Positions 28,854-39,092 of a DNA stretch of 62,266 nucleotides are shown piece by piece. This stretch comes from an uncultured Pelagibacteraceae bacterium. Lineage in GTDB: Bacteria; Pseudomonadota; Alphaproteobacteria; Pelagibacterales; AG-422-B15. Location: positions 1 through 62,266 of the forward strand of contig CACMAQ010000003.1 in assembly GCA_902611715.1 (NCBI GenBank), read 5' to 3'. The position numbers and the translations under genes are program-made. The notes under the pieces are model-generated. The model had not been told where the DNA came from. It saw only the letters and a program-made list of their open reading frames with translations, and ran no database searches. The number at the start of each line of letters is the position of its first letter. Position 1 is the stretch's first letter.

Positions 28854-30203
28854 ATGAGAGCTTCAAAACTAGGCAGATATTCATGGACAATGTTTGATTG
28901 GGCAAACCAGCCTTTTTACACATTGATCATGACATTTGTATTTTCTGTTTACTTTACAGATGTCTTTATTGCCGGTGAAGATGGAGCTCAAAAACTAACC
29001 CTCACACAAACAATCTCAGGTTTAGGTATTGCTCTCTTAAGCCCAGTTCTTGGATCCATAACAGACATAAAAGGAAACCGAAAACTATTAATGGGAATTA
29101 CGTCTGCATTGTTTGTACTTGGTATGGCGTTGCTTTGGTATTCACCTCCAGGCGCTCCTGACGGTATTTGGCTCGTGATGTTTGGTTTAATCCTTGCGTC
29201 CGCGATGGTTGGATTTTCTGAAGTCTTTAATAACTCAGTTCTAGCAAACATTGAAACTCCTGAGAACTCTGGTTGGTTAAGTGGTATGGGTTATGGGGTT
29301 GGTTATATCGCAGGTCTTATAGCATTAATTTTATTTTTAATAATATTTGTTTGGCCAGGTGGTGAGACAGAAAATTTGTACGGATTGAACACAAATGAAT
29401 ATGAACATATAAGAATTGTAGGACCACTGTGTGCAATATGGTACGCTGTTTTCATTGTTCCTTTGTTTTTATTTACTCCAGATCTAAAAAAAAATGATGT
29501 TACTGTTATCAATTCAGTAAAGATTGGACTTACAAATTTTATCAATACTTTTAAAGAAGCTAGAAAGTATAAAAATATATTTACGTTCTTGATAACAAGA
29601 ATGTTTTATCAAGACGCCCTTAATGCTCTATTTGTAGTTGGTGGTGTTTACGCAAGTCTTGTAGTTGGGATGTCGCTCACTCAAGTCTTAATACTTGGCA
29701 TTATTTTAAATATCTTGTCAGGACCGAGTTCAATTTATGGAGGCTATTTAAATGATCTAATTGGCTCTAAAAATGTAATAAATCTGTCACTTTGGGGTTT
29801 ATTAGTTTCAGGACTTTTAGGATTATCAATTGATAAAGATACAATATTTTATTTTTTTACGGTTAATGAATATTCAGCTAGCGTAGAAGAATTTACTTTG
29901 GGAATATTTAATTCTGTAAGTCAAGTTACATATATTTGTGTTGTCATCGGCATTTCAATTTTTTATGGCCCTGCTCAAACAGCATCACGAGCATTAATGG
30001 TTAAGCTTTCACCTCAAGAAAAGATAACAGAATTTTTTGGCCTTTACGCCTTTGCCGGAAAGTCAACAGCTTGGCTTGTCCCAGGACTCATGTCACTAAT
30101 ACTCGCTTTCACTGATAGCCTTCAATATGCAATGATTTCTATAGTTCTATTTAATTTAATTGGTATCGTAGGAATGTATTTTGTTTCAGAAAATGATCAG
30201 TAA
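28854..30203 (+). CDS. MFS transporter, UMF1/Atg22-like family
   Basis: 449 aa with about 12 TM segments. The N-terminus YSWTMFDWANQPFYTLIMTFVF is typical of UMF1-type MFS proteins. Confidence 0.75.
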   Translation: MRASKLGRYSWTMFDWANQPFYTLIMTFVFSVYFTDVFIAGEDGAQKLTLTQTISGLGIALLSPVLGSITDIKGNRKLLMGITSALFVLGMALLWYSPPGAPDGIWLVMFGLILASAMVGFSEVFNNSVLANIETPENSGWLSGMGYGVGYIAGLIALILFLIIFVWPGGETENLYGLNTNEYEHIRIVGPLCAIWYAVFIVPLFLFTPDLKKNDVTVINSVKIGLTNFINTFKEARKYKNIFTFLITRMFYQDALNALFVVGGVYASLVVGMSLTQVLILGIILNILSGPSSIYGGYLNDLIGSKNVINLSLWGLLVSGLLGLSIDKDTIFYFFTVNEYSASVEEFTLGIFNSVSQVTYICVVIGISIFYGPAQTASRALMVKLSPQEKITEFFGLYAFAGKSTAWLVPGLMSLILAFTDSLQYAMISIVLFNLIGIVGMYFVSENDQ

Positions 30204-30687
30204 GTATCTTCATTTAGTTTCTTCAACTAAATCCCAAATTACAATTTTCATATTACTTAATTTATGCGGACTTATATTTTTTCTTCTTCCACATAATATT
30301 TTTTCAAACATGCTCGATCTTGAACTTTTTTACAGTAAAGAAAATGTTATTGAAAATTTCAGCACAATGGGTCCTGATGGTCGAAGTATTTACGTCTTAT
30401 CTTCACTTCTTCTAGATACTGTGTATCCAATTTTATACTTATCGTTATTTCTTGGTGCTTACTTTAAGTTATTTAGAAGTTCTAAATTTATTCTATTGGT
30501 TCCAATTACAGCCTTTAGTTTTGATATTTTAGAGAATCTACAAATTACAAGATTGATTTTAAATTTTCCAAACATTAACGAAACTCATGTCTATTTATCT
30601 AGCATGACCACATCATTAAAGTGGATTGCTATTGCAATTACTGTTTCAGTTATAATGTATGGAATTATTAAGAGGCGCAAAAAATAA
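30193..30687 (+). CDS. Small integral membrane protein, unknown function
   Basis: Track ORF starts at TTG 30181; ATG 30193 (MISKYLHL...) is preferred. About 4 hydrophobic segments and a basic C-terminus RRKK. Overlaps the MFS gene end. No family recognised. Confidence 0.5.
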   Translation: MISKYLHLVSSTKSQITIFILLNLCGLIFFLLPHNIFSNMLDLELFYSKENVIENFSTMGPDGRSIYVLSSLLLDTVYPILYLSLFLGAYFKLFRSSKFILLVPITAFSFDILENLQITRLILNFPNINETHVYLSSMTTSLKWIAIAITVSVIMYGIIKRRKK

Positions 30688-30692
30688 ATTTG

Positions 30693-32258
30693 TCAGTGTC
30701 TAAAATGTCTCTTGCCCGTGAAAACCATCGATATACCAGCTTCATTTGCAGCAGTGATTACTTCGTCATCTTTTACTGACCCACCGGGTTGAATTACCGC
30801 CTTGGCTCCAGAAGAAATTGTAACTAGCAGGCCATCTGCAAATGGAAAGAATGCATCAGATGCGACCACTGAATTTTCGAGAGAGTTTTCATCAGATTTT
30901 TCCATTTCACTATTTTTTTGTGAGGCAATTTTAGCACTATCTACTCTACTCATTTGTCCTGCACCGATACCAATTGTTTTTTTATTTTTGACATAAATGA
31001 TTGCATTTGATTTTACATGTTTGCAAACTTTAAATGCGAACAACATATCATCAATTTCATCATCACTTGGTTTTTTTGCTGTAACTACTTTCAGATCTGA
31101 TTTTATCGTATTAGCTTCATCATTTGACTGAACCAGTATCCCTCCTTCAATACTTTTGTAGTTATGCGAATTATTTTTTTTATTCAAAGACGATACAGTT
31201 AAAACTCGCAAATTATTTTTTGATTTAAATATTTCTTTAGCTTCATCACTAACATCTGGTGCTAAAATTACCTCAGTAAATATTTTTATAATTTCAGAAG
31301 CTGTCTCTTTATCGATTGTTTGGTTAAATGCAATGATACCTCCAAATGCACTGGTCGTATCACATGATAATGCTTTCATATACGCTTCACAAAGTGAACT
31401 CCCACTAGCAACACCACAAGGGTTCGCATGTTTAATAATTGCAACACTGGGAGTGTCTTTGTCAAATTCTTTTATTAATTGTAATGCTGCGTCAGCATCA
31501 TTAATATTATTATAACTCAATTCTTTGCCTTGAAGTAATTTTGCATGTGGTATCCCTGATTGCTGCATGGATGACTTATAGAGACTTGCTGACTGATGAG
31601 GGTTTTCACCGTAGCGAAGTGTAGAAGATAATTCTGCAGCTGTTGAAAACATATTAATAGGTTCGTTTGAATTTCTGTAAAACCAATTGCTGATTAAAGA
31701 ATCGTAGTAAGCAGTGGTTGAAAATGTTTTTGCAGCAAGTGCCTTTCTGAACTCCAAAGTTGTTGAACCATTGTTTTTATTGATCTCATTAATTAGCTCA
31801 TTGTAATCTTTAATATCAGTAACTACTGTGACAAATTGATGGTTTTTAGCCGCTGATCGCAACATTGCCGGACCACCAATATCAATATTTTCGATGCAAA
31901 TTTCTTCGTTTTCCTCATATTTTATCGTTTCTTCAAAGGGGTAAAGATTTACAATTATTAAGTCAATATCTTCTATGCCATGTTCCTCTTGAGACTGTAC
32001 ATGGTTTTTGTCATCTCTTTTTGAGAGCAAACCCCCGTGTACATTTGGGTGCAAAGTTTTTACACGTCCATCCATCATCTCAGGGAAATTGGTTAAAGAA
32101 GATACATCTGTTACATCAACACCCATGGCTGCAATTGACTTTGCCGTACCACCTGTTGAAACTATTTTAATATTATGTGCTTTGAGTGATTGAACAACTT
32201 TATCTAAACCTGATTTATCTGAAACAGAAATCAGTGCAGTTTTAATTTTTATATCCAA
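30693..32258 (-). CDS. purH: Bifunctional AICAR transformylase / IMP cyclohydrolase
   Basis: 521 aa with N-terminal ALISVSDKSGL, KTLHP and C-terminal GKRHFRH. Confidence 0.95.
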   Translation of the reverse strand: MDIKIKTALISVSDKSGLDKVVQSLKAHNIKIVSTGGTAKSIAAMGVDVTDVSSLTNFPEMMDGRVKTLHPNVHGGLLSKRDDKNHVQSQEEHGIEDIDLIIVNLYPFEETIKYEENEEICIENIDIGGPAMLRSAAKNHQFVTVVTDIKDYNELINEINKNNGSTTLEFRKALAAKTFSTTAYYDSLISNWFYRNSNEPINMFSTAAELSSTLRYGENPHQSASLYKSSMQQSGIPHAKLLQGKELSYNNINDADAALQLIKEFDKDTPSVAIIKHANPCGVASGSSLCEAYMKALSCDTTSAFGGIIAFNQTIDKETASEIIKIFTEVILAPDVSDEAKEIFKSKNNLRVLTVSSLNKKNNSHNYKSIEGGILVQSNDEANTIKSDLKVVTAKKPSDDEIDDMLFAFKVCKHVKSNAIIYVKNKKTIGIGAGQMSRVDSAKIASQKNSEMEKSDENSLENSVVASDAFFPFADGLLVTISSGAKAVIQPGGSVKDDEVITAANEAGISMVFTGKRHFRH

Positions 32259-32259
32259 T

Positions 32260-32916
32260 TTAATGGCCTCTTAGTTTTTCAATATTATTTGCATACTCAC
32301 TTGGGCCACCTTTAAAGGTTGTGGTACCTGCAACAATCATATCGGCCCCAGCATCAATTACTGATTGAACATTTTCAAAATTAATTCCCCCATCAACTTC
32401 TAAATGAATTTCTCTACCAGACTTATTAATTTCTTCTCGAAGATTTGATAATTTATCAAGTGCTGTTGGAATAAATTTCTGACCACCAAAACCAGGATGA
32501 ACACTCATTACTAAAATGAGATCAAGTTTATCCATAAAAGGTTTAACGACTTCCCATTCAGTATCTGGGTTGATTGCAAGTCCCGCTTTTACATTTAATG
32601 ATTTAATTTTATTCAAACATGCTTCTGTATCATCTTTTGCCTCTGGGTGAACTGAAACAATATCAGCTCCAGCTTCAACAAACTTTTCAATATAAGGCTG
32701 AACAGGATCAATCATCAAATGAACATCAAACGGCAATGAAGATTTATTTCTTATAGATTTAACAACATCTGGACCAATCGTGAGATTAGGAACAAAGTGT
32801 CCATCCATTACATCCACGTGTATGTAGTCAGCCCCGGCTTGAGTGATATTAACGACCTCATCTCCTAATGATGAAAAGTCCGATGCTAGTATAGAAGGTG
32901 ATATTTTAACCGACAT
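32260..32916 (-). CDS. rpe: Ribulose-phosphate 3-epimerase
   Basis: 218 aa with HVDVMDGHFVPN and VMSVHPGFGGQKF. Confidence 0.95.
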   Translation of the reverse strand: MSVKISPSILASDFSSLGDEVVNITQAGADYIHVDVMDGHFVPNLTIGPDVVKSIRNKSSLPFDVHLMIDPVQPYIEKFVEAGADIVSVHPEAKDDTEACLNKIKSLNVKAGLAINPDTEWEVVKPFMDKLDLILVMSVHPGFGGQKFIPTALDKLSNLREEINKSGREIHLEVDGGINFENVQSVIDAGADMIVAGTTTFKGGPSEYANNIEKLRGH

Positions 32917-33013
32917 TATTGTGAAGCATTATTTCTTTGTATAACAGAAAGGTTTGTTGTTTCCCACTATTTTCATACTTTGATAAGCGATAAATAGAGA
33001 TTACATTATATCT

Positions 33014-33169
33014 ATGACCGATAAAAAAACAGAAGCTGTCGAAGACAAAGATGACAAGAAAACTGACTCCAAACTACCTAAAAAGAAAAAAGAAATAGGC
33101 GGTGCAGATGGTCCAGAGCCAACCCGGTTTGGAGACTGGGAAAAAAAGGGAATTACCTCAGACTTTTAG
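33014..33169 (+). CDS. DUF1674 family small protein (SDHAF4/Sdh8-like)
   Basis: Absent from the ORF track because it is 51 aa. My translation is MTDKKTEAVEDKDDKKTDSKLPKKKKEIGGADGPEPTRFGDWEKKGITSDF. The C-terminal EPTRFGDWEKKG..DF matches the DUF1674 signature, and the N-terminal half is charged and looks disordered. Confidence 0.7.
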   Translation: MTDKKTEAVEDKDDKKTDSKLPKKKKEIGGADGPEPTRFGDWEKKGITSDF

Positions 33170-33175
33170 AATATC

Positions 33176-33592
33176 TTAGAGTATTTGATCAAATTTTGAT
33201 GGCTTCCAATCCTTTGGGGCCAGTTCTAAATCTTCAAATTCAAAAGCGGGTGCAACGGTGCATCCAATTAAGCTATATGCTCCAGTAGATTTCAAAGCAA
33301 ACCAAGTTCCTTTTTCTACAGTGTGCATAAAATTATTATTAGATCCTATCTCATCAATTTGGAATTCTACACCGTCCTTTGATGTATATACGTTTAAAGG
33401 ACTGCCTGAGTAAAAATGTAAAGTCTCAGTTTTTGTTATTCTGTGCCAGTGAGAATTTTCGTGCTCCTCAAGTAAAAAATATATATGAGTGACATCATTA
33501 TTTCTAAAAATCTCAACGTAATGACCTCCCTCTGGATGGGGAGTCATTTTGTGTTCTTCAATTAAGGCTTTGACAATATTTTTATCACTCAC
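33176..33592 (-). CDS. Cupin-fold protein (DUF985 family)
   Basis: 138 aa. MTPHPEGGHYVEIFR is the DUF985 N-terminal signature. Confidence 0.7.
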   Translation of the reverse strand: MSDKNIVKALIEEHKMTPHPEGGHYVEIFRNNDVTHIYFLLEEHENSHWHRITKTETLHFYSGSPLNVYTSKDGVEFQIDEIGSNNNFMHTVEKGTWFALKSTGAYSLIGCTVAPAFEFEDLELAPKDWKPSKFDQIL

Positions 33593-33598
33593 AAGAAA

Positions 33599-35539
33599 CT
33601 ACTTGTTCATTCGATTTTCAACAAGATCATTAATCACAGCTGGTTCTGCTAATGTAGATGTATCACCTAAATTACTGTAATCATTTTCAGCAATCTTTCT
33701 TAAAATTCTTCTCATAATTTTTCCTGATCGGGTTTTTGGAAGACCTGGTGCCCATTGAATTAAATCTGGTGATGCGATTGGACCAATTTCTTTTCTAACC
33801 CATGCAACAAGTTCTTTATATAATTCGTCTGATGTTTTTTCACCTGCATTGAGTGTCACGTATGCATAGATGCCTTGTCCTTTAATATCATGAGGGTAAC
33901 CAACAACTGCTGCTTCACTAACTTTAGGATGAGCAACGAGAGCTGACTCAACTTCTGCTGTTCCCATTCGGTGACCAGATACATTTATGACATCATCCAC
34001 TCTTCCAGTGATCCAGTAATATCCATCTTCATCTCTCCTGCAGCCATCACCCGTAAAATATTTTCCATCAAATTGAGAGAAATACGTTTCAATGAATCTT
34101 TTATGATCTCCGTAAACTGTTCTCATTTGACCAGGCCAAGAATCCGCTAAACAGAGAGAACCCTCGCAAGCTCCTTCAAGAATTTTTCCTTCAGCATCTA
34201 AAATTTCAGGTTTGACACCAAAGAATGGTTTTGTTGCTGATCCTGGTTTCTGTGCAATTGCGCCAGGAAGAGGCGTGATTAAAATACCTCCAGTTTCGGT
34301 TTGCCACCACGTGTCAACAATTGGACATTTTTTGTCACCAACGACATTATAATACCACATCCACGCTTCAGGATTAATTGGCTCTCCAACAGTCCCTAGT
34401 AATTTGAGAGATGATCTACTGGTTTTTTTTACAGGATCTTCACCTTCTCTCATTAGCGCTCTAATTGCAGTTGGTGCGGTGTAGAAAATATTAATTTTGT
34501 GTTTATCGACCACTTCCCAAAAACGAGAGGCGCTTGGATAGTTTGGAACACCTTCAAACATGACCGTGACGGCGCCATTCGCTAACGGACCATATACAAT
34601 GTAACTGTGTCCTGTAACCCAGCCCACATCCGCTGTGCACCAATAAACGTCACCCTCTTTATAATCAAATACATATTGATGCGTCATTGATGCGTAAACC
34701 ATATAACCGCCAGTGGTATGCATAACCCCTTTTGGTTTTCCAGTTGATCCAGATGTATACAATATAAAGAGAGGATCTTCTGCTGACATTTCCTCTGGTG
34801 GACAGTCATCAGATTCTTTTTCAGTTAGTTCGTGATACCAAACATCTCTATCATCAACCCAACCAATATCCCCGCCAGTTCTTTTAACAACAATACAATG
34901 ACGAACTCCACCCGAAATCGAAATTGCTTCATCAGTATTTTTCTTTAATGGAATTGCTTTACCCCCTCTTATGCCTTCATCCGCAGTGATCACAATACCT
35001 GATTTACAATCACTTATTCTTCCAGCTAACGAGTCTGGAGAGAAACCTCCAAATACAACTGAGTGAATTGCACCAATTCTTGTACATGCCAGCATTGCGT
35101 AAGCTGCTTCAGGAATCATGGGCATATAAATAGTTACACGATCACCTTTTTTAACTCCAAGAGATTTCATACCATTAGCAAGTTTTGAAACCTCACTGTG
35201 TAATTCTTTATAAGTTATGTGTTTTGAATCCGCTGGATCATCGCCTTCCCAAATGATTGCGGTTTGATCTGCTTTATCTTTTAAATGTCTATCAATGCAG
35301 TTACTTGATGCATTCAGGGTACCATCGTAATACCACTTGATTGAGAAATTATCTTTATTGTATGAAACGTCTTTTACTTTTGTATACGGTTTAATCCAAT
35401 CAATTCTTTTGCCGTGCTCACTCCAAAACTCTTCGTTGTTATTGAGAGAATTTTCATACCATTCGTTATATTTGTCGTTATTAATTTGAGCGTTTGCAGA
35501 CCAATCACTGGTCACTTCGAACTTTTCATTTTCACTCAT
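33599..35539 (-). CDS. acs: Acetyl-CoA synthetase (AMP-forming)
   Basis: 646 aa with AMP-binding motif [12 protein letters not shown] and C-terminal [11 protein letters not shown]. Confidence 0.95.
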   Translation of the reverse strand: MSENEKFEVTSDWSANAQINNDKYNEWYENSLNNNEEFWSEHGKRIDWIKPYTKVKDVSYNKDNFSIKWYYDGTLNASSNCIDRHLKDKADQTAIIWEGDDPADSKHITYKELHSEVSKLANGMKSLGVKKGDRVTIYMPMIPEAAYAMLACTRIGAIHSVVFGGFSPDSLAGRISDCKSGIVITADEGIRGGKAIPLKKNTDEAISISGGVRHCIVVKRTGGDIGWVDDRDVWYHELTEKESDDCPPEEMSAEDPLFILYTSGSTGKPKGVMHTTGGYMVYASMTHQYVFDYKEGDVYWCTADVGWVTGHSYIVYGPLANGAVTVMFEGVPNYPSASRFWEVVDKHKINIFYTAPTAIRALMREGEDPVKKTSRSSLKLLGTVGEPINPEAWMWYYNVVGDKKCPIVDTWWQTETGGILITPLPGAIAQKPGSATKPFFGVKPEILDAEGKILEGACEGSLCLADSWPGQMRTVYGDHKRFIETYFSQFDGKYFTGDGCRRDEDGYYWITGRVDDVINVSGHRMGTAEVESALVAHPKVSEAAVVGYPHDIKGQGIYAYVTLNAGEKTSDELYKELVAWVRKEIGPIASPDLIQWAPGLPKTRSGKIMRRILRKIAENDYSNLGDTSTLAEPAVINDLVENRMNK

Positions 35540-35550
35540 AAGAGATTATC

Positions 35551-35967
35551 TTATTTGATACCTCCGAGATTGCAAATAATTGTCCATGACTTTTTATCGA
35601 TCGGCATAACTGATAGTCGCGACTGTTTGACCAGGGCTAGGTGATTGAGTTTTGGATGATCTTTTATCTGAGAGAGGTTAACTTTATTTTTGAGGGCTTT
35701 CACGGCCGCTACAGACACCATTCCAAATCGTTTTGATTTGTCTGTGGGATCAGGATGATATTTCTTTACAACCTTGACGATGCCAATAATATCTCTTTCT
35801 TTGACCGAGTGATAAAAAAAACAAAGATCTCCTTTCTCCATTTTTTTCATATTGTTGGATGCTTGATAATTTCTTACACCATCCCAGCCTTCACCTTTGC
35901 TTCCGGCTTTAACTTGTTGTTCCCATGACCATGTTTCAGGTTCTGATTTCATTAACCAGTAGTTCAT
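35551..35967 (-). CDS. EVE (PUA-like) domain protein
   Basis: 138 aa. The N-terminus MNYWLMKSEPETWSW is characteristic of EVE domains. Confidence 0.75.
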   Translation of the reverse strand: MNYWLMKSEPETWSWEQQVKAGSKGEGWDGVRNYQASNNMKKMEKGDLCFFYHSVKERDIIGIVKVVKKYHPDPTDKSKRFGMVSVAAVKALKNKVNLSQIKDHPKLNHLALVKQSRLSVMPIDKKSWTIICNLGGIK

Positions 35968-35968
35968 G

Positions 35969-36967
35969 TTATTCCTTTGTGATCGGCCTACTTAAAAGTT
36001 CTTGAATTGTAACATCAATATTTTTCTTTCGGTATAAAACTTTATAAATAGCGTCATTGATTGGCAAATCCAATTTTTTTTCAATAGATAGTTTTTTTAA
36101 TGCCCTAACAGTGAATACTCCCTCAGCAACTGAGAACTTTTTTTCAATTATTTGATTAAGTGTTTTACCTTTCGCAAGATCAATTCCTAAAGAAAAATTT
36201 CTAGACTCCTTGGATGAACATGTAAGAAGCAAATCCCCCATACCAGACAGTCCAGCAAGTGTACTCTTTTTTGCATTCATGCATTGAGCTACAATTTTTA
36301 TTTCTGCAAAACTTCTAGATATAATTGAAGCAACCGCGTTTTCACCGTATTTTTTTCCAAAGACAATCCCACTAGCTATTGCATAAATGTTTTTTAAAGC
36401 CCCCGCTATTTGCGATCCAATAATGTCATCAGATAAATAGGGTCTTAATGTTGGAGACTTGATGAGTTGAGCAATTTGATTTGCAACTTGATCACTTTTT
36501 GAAGCAACGACGGTAGCGGCTGGTAAGCCCTTAGCAATCTCAGCTGCAAAATTTGGTCCTGAAATTATTGCAACCTTATTTTTTGGAAATATTGAATTTA
36601 CTATTTCACTTGGTAATTTCAAAGTGTTCATATCTATTCCTTTTGAGCAACAAACGAACAACGTATTAGTTCCGATCTCTTTTTTTAGCTTCAATAAATT
36701 CGTAGATAAATATTGAACAGGGGAGACCAAAAATAGAATTTCACAATTTGCGACATCAACAATTGATGTTGTGCATTCTATTTTTTTACTTAATTTTATT
36801 TTTGGTAAATATCTTTTATTCTCAGATAGCTTGTTGATGTTATCGCAAACACTCTTCTCTTTCGCCCACAAAATAACTTTCTCTTTTTTGGCTATAATGT
36901 TTGCTAATGCAGTTCCCCATGCACCACTACCAATTACGCCAATTTTATATACTTTCTTATCCTTCAA
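35969..36967 (-). CDS. gpsA: NAD(P)H-dependent glycerol-3-phosphate dehydrogenase
   Basis: 332 aa with Rossmann motif IGSGAWGTALA and conserved GLKN/GMGDL motifs. Confidence 0.9.
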   Translation of the reverse strand: MKDKKVYKIGVIGSGAWGTALANIIAKKEKVILWAKEKSVCDNINKLSENKRYLPKIKLSKKIECTTSIVDVANCEILFLVSPVQYLSTNLLKLKKEIGTNTLFVCCSKGIDMNTLKLPSEIVNSIFPKNKVAIISGPNFAAEIAKGLPAATVVASKSDQVANQIAQLIKSPTLRPYLSDDIIGSQIAGALKNIYAIASGIVFGKKYGENAVASIISRSFAEIKIVAQCMNAKKSTLAGLSGMGDLLLTCSSKESRNFSLGIDLAKGKTLNQIIEKKFSVAEGVFTVRALKKLSIEKKLDLPINDAIYKVLYRKKNIDVTIQELLSRPITKE

Positions 36968-38033
36968 CAGCTCTCTTACCCTTCATGAATACAGCATTCT
37001 TATCAAGCGGCCATCTTGGTTTTGGCTTAAAATTTGACTTATTGAATTTCCCCCTCTCAAATCTCTCTATCCCTGCATAAGCAATCATGGCGCCATTGTC
37101 TGTACAATATTTAATTGAAGGAAATAGGAATTCACAATCTTCTAATTTACCTAGTTCTTCAAGTGTATTACGAATACTTTTATTTGCAGCTACACCGCCT
37201 GCAACAACGATTTTTAGATTCTTTTTTGACTTAACTATTTTTTTATATTCATCGATGGCATTCTTTGTTTTTCTATAAATGATTTTATTTATTGTTTTTT
37301 GAAATGAAGCCGACATATCTTTTTTAAATCTTTCTGTACATTTATTTTTGGCAACTGTATTGGCAACTGCTGATTTTAATCCAGCAAATGAGAAGTGAGC
37401 ATTTTTTTCATGTATAAGAGGCATTGGTAGTGTAAAGCGATCCCCATCTCCTTTCATCGCATACTTCTCGATTTCAGGTCCGCCAGGATAATCTAATTTC
37501 AAAAGCCGTGCAGTTTTGTCAAAAGCCTCGCCAAGTGCATCATCTATAGTTGTTCCAATCCGTTTGTACGAGTTAAAACTCTTTATTATTGTAAATTCAG
37601 TATGACCGCCAGATACAAGCAGTAAAAGATATGGATATGCTATATCTTTTTCTAATTTAATAGAAAGTGCGTGACCCTCTAAGTGATTGACTGCAATAAA
37701 TGGCTTATTTAAAAAATGTGCTAGCGTTTTACCAGCTACTACACCGACCAATAATCCTCCAAGCAAGCCTGGTCCCGCTGTAGCTGCAATCGCGTTTAAC
37801 TGTTTCAAATTGATTTTTGCTTTCTTCAGAGCCATGACAATCAGTTTATCAATTACGTCGGAGTGAGCTCGAGCAGCTAATTCAGGTACTACGCCACCAT
37901 AAAATTTATGGATATCAATTTGAGATTTTACAATGTTTGATAAAACCTTAATTTTATTACCAGTTTTTTCGACAATGGACACTGACGTTTCATCACAACT
38001 AGACTCAATACCGATTACCCGTATTTTTTTCAT
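36957..38033 (-). CDS. tsaD: tRNA N6-adenosine threonylcarbamoyltransferase TsaD
   Basis: 358 aa with GIESSCDET, NHLEGH and VSGGH. Its 3' end overlaps the gpsA start by 11 nt. Confidence 0.95.
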   Translation of the reverse strand: MKKIRVIGIESSCDETSVSIVEKTGNKIKVLSNIVKSQIDIHKFYGGVVPELAARAHSDVIDKLIVMALKKAKINLKQLNAIAATAGPGLLGGLLVGVVAGKTLAHFLNKPFIAVNHLEGHALSIKLEKDIAYPYLLLLVSGGHTEFTIIKSFNSYKRIGTTIDDALGEAFDKTARLLKLDYPGGPEIEKYAMKGDGDRFTLPMPLIHEKNAHFSFAGLKSAVANTVAKNKCTERFKKDMSASFQKTINKIIYRKTKNAIDEYKKIVKSKKNLKIVVAGGVAANKSIRNTLEELGKLEDCEFLFPSIKYCTDNGAMIAYAGIERFERGKFNKSNFKPKPRWPLDKNAVFMKGKRAVEG

Positions 38034-38126
38034 ATCAAAATCTATTCTTTCACGAATTTGAATTAATTTACGCTAATTAATATATACTATGAAATCAATG
38101 ATATATATTTTTAACGTTGCAGCGTA

Positions 38127-39092
38127 ATGTCAAAATTAAACAAAATTTTTATTGGAATTAGAGAAAGTAAATTATCAAGGACTCAAACAGAAATATTTAT
38201 AAAAGAAGCTAATAAAAGTGAATATATAAAAGATAACTGCTGTTTTGAGATCAAAACAGTCAAAACAACTGGAGATATACATAATACCCACCGTCTGGAT
38301 CAATTAGGAGGAAAGGGACTTTTTATAAAGGAGATTGAGGAACAGATTTTATCTGGAACTATAGATATGGGTATCCACTCGCTCAAAGATGTTCCTTCAC
38401 AAGACACTAACGATGAGCTTGAACTTATTTATTGGAGTGAAAGAGTAAAGTCTAATGATGTTCTAATATCAAACTCAGGAAAAAAAATTACTGAATTAGA
38501 ACCAGGCTCCATTGTTGGTACCAGTTCAATAAGAAGAAGGGCACAAATTTTACATTTACGACAAGACCTGAACATTAAGCTACTGAGAGGCAACGTAGAC
38601 ACACGTTTAAAAAAATTAAGGAATAAGGAATATGATGCAATAATATTGAGTCATGCAGGTCTTACAAGGATGGGATTGGACAGTGAGATTACTGAAGTGC
38701 TTAAATTTAAGAATTTTTTGCCAGCTGCATGTCAGGGAGTAGTCGCGGTACAAGCAAAAAAAAATTTTGTTTTAAAAAAAATAATTGGTGCACTCAGTAA
38801 TAAAATATCAGAGGAAGAGTCAACAGCTGAGAGATTGGTTTTAAAAAAAATTAATGCGAATTGTAACAGTCCTGTTTCTGTTTATGCAAAGATTTCAGAT
38901 GGAGAAGTAACAATTAAATGTGAAATATTTGAACACTCAGGAAATAAAATATTTCAAAGCTCTTTATCAGACGACAAAAATAACGTTAAGGAACTGAGCA
39001 TAAGTCTTGCAAATGATATTATTAGATCAGTTGGTCAAAAAAAATTAAATGAGTTAGATGTTCTAAAAGATGATTTTACTTACCAGGCATAA
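38127..39092 (+). CDS. hemC: Porphobilinogen deaminase (hydroxymethylbilane synthase)
   Basis: 321 aa with GTSSIRRRAQ, LRGNVDTRLKKL and the cofactor Cys region ACQG. Confidence 0.9.
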   Translation: MSKLNKIFIGIRESKLSRTQTEIFIKEANKSEYIKDNCCFEIKTVKTTGDIHNTHRLDQLGGKGLFIKEIEEQILSGTIDMGIHSLKDVPSQDTNDELELIYWSERVKSNDVLISNSGKKITELEPGSIVGTSSIRRRAQILHLRQDLNIKLLRGNVDTRLKKLRNKEYDAIILSHAGLTRMGLDSEITEVLKFKNFLPAACQGVVAVQAKKNFVLKKIIGALSNKISEEESTAERLVLKKINANCNSPVSVYAKISDGEVTIKCEIFEHSGNKIFQSSLSDDKNNVKELSISLANDIIRSVGQKKLNELDVLKDDFTYQA

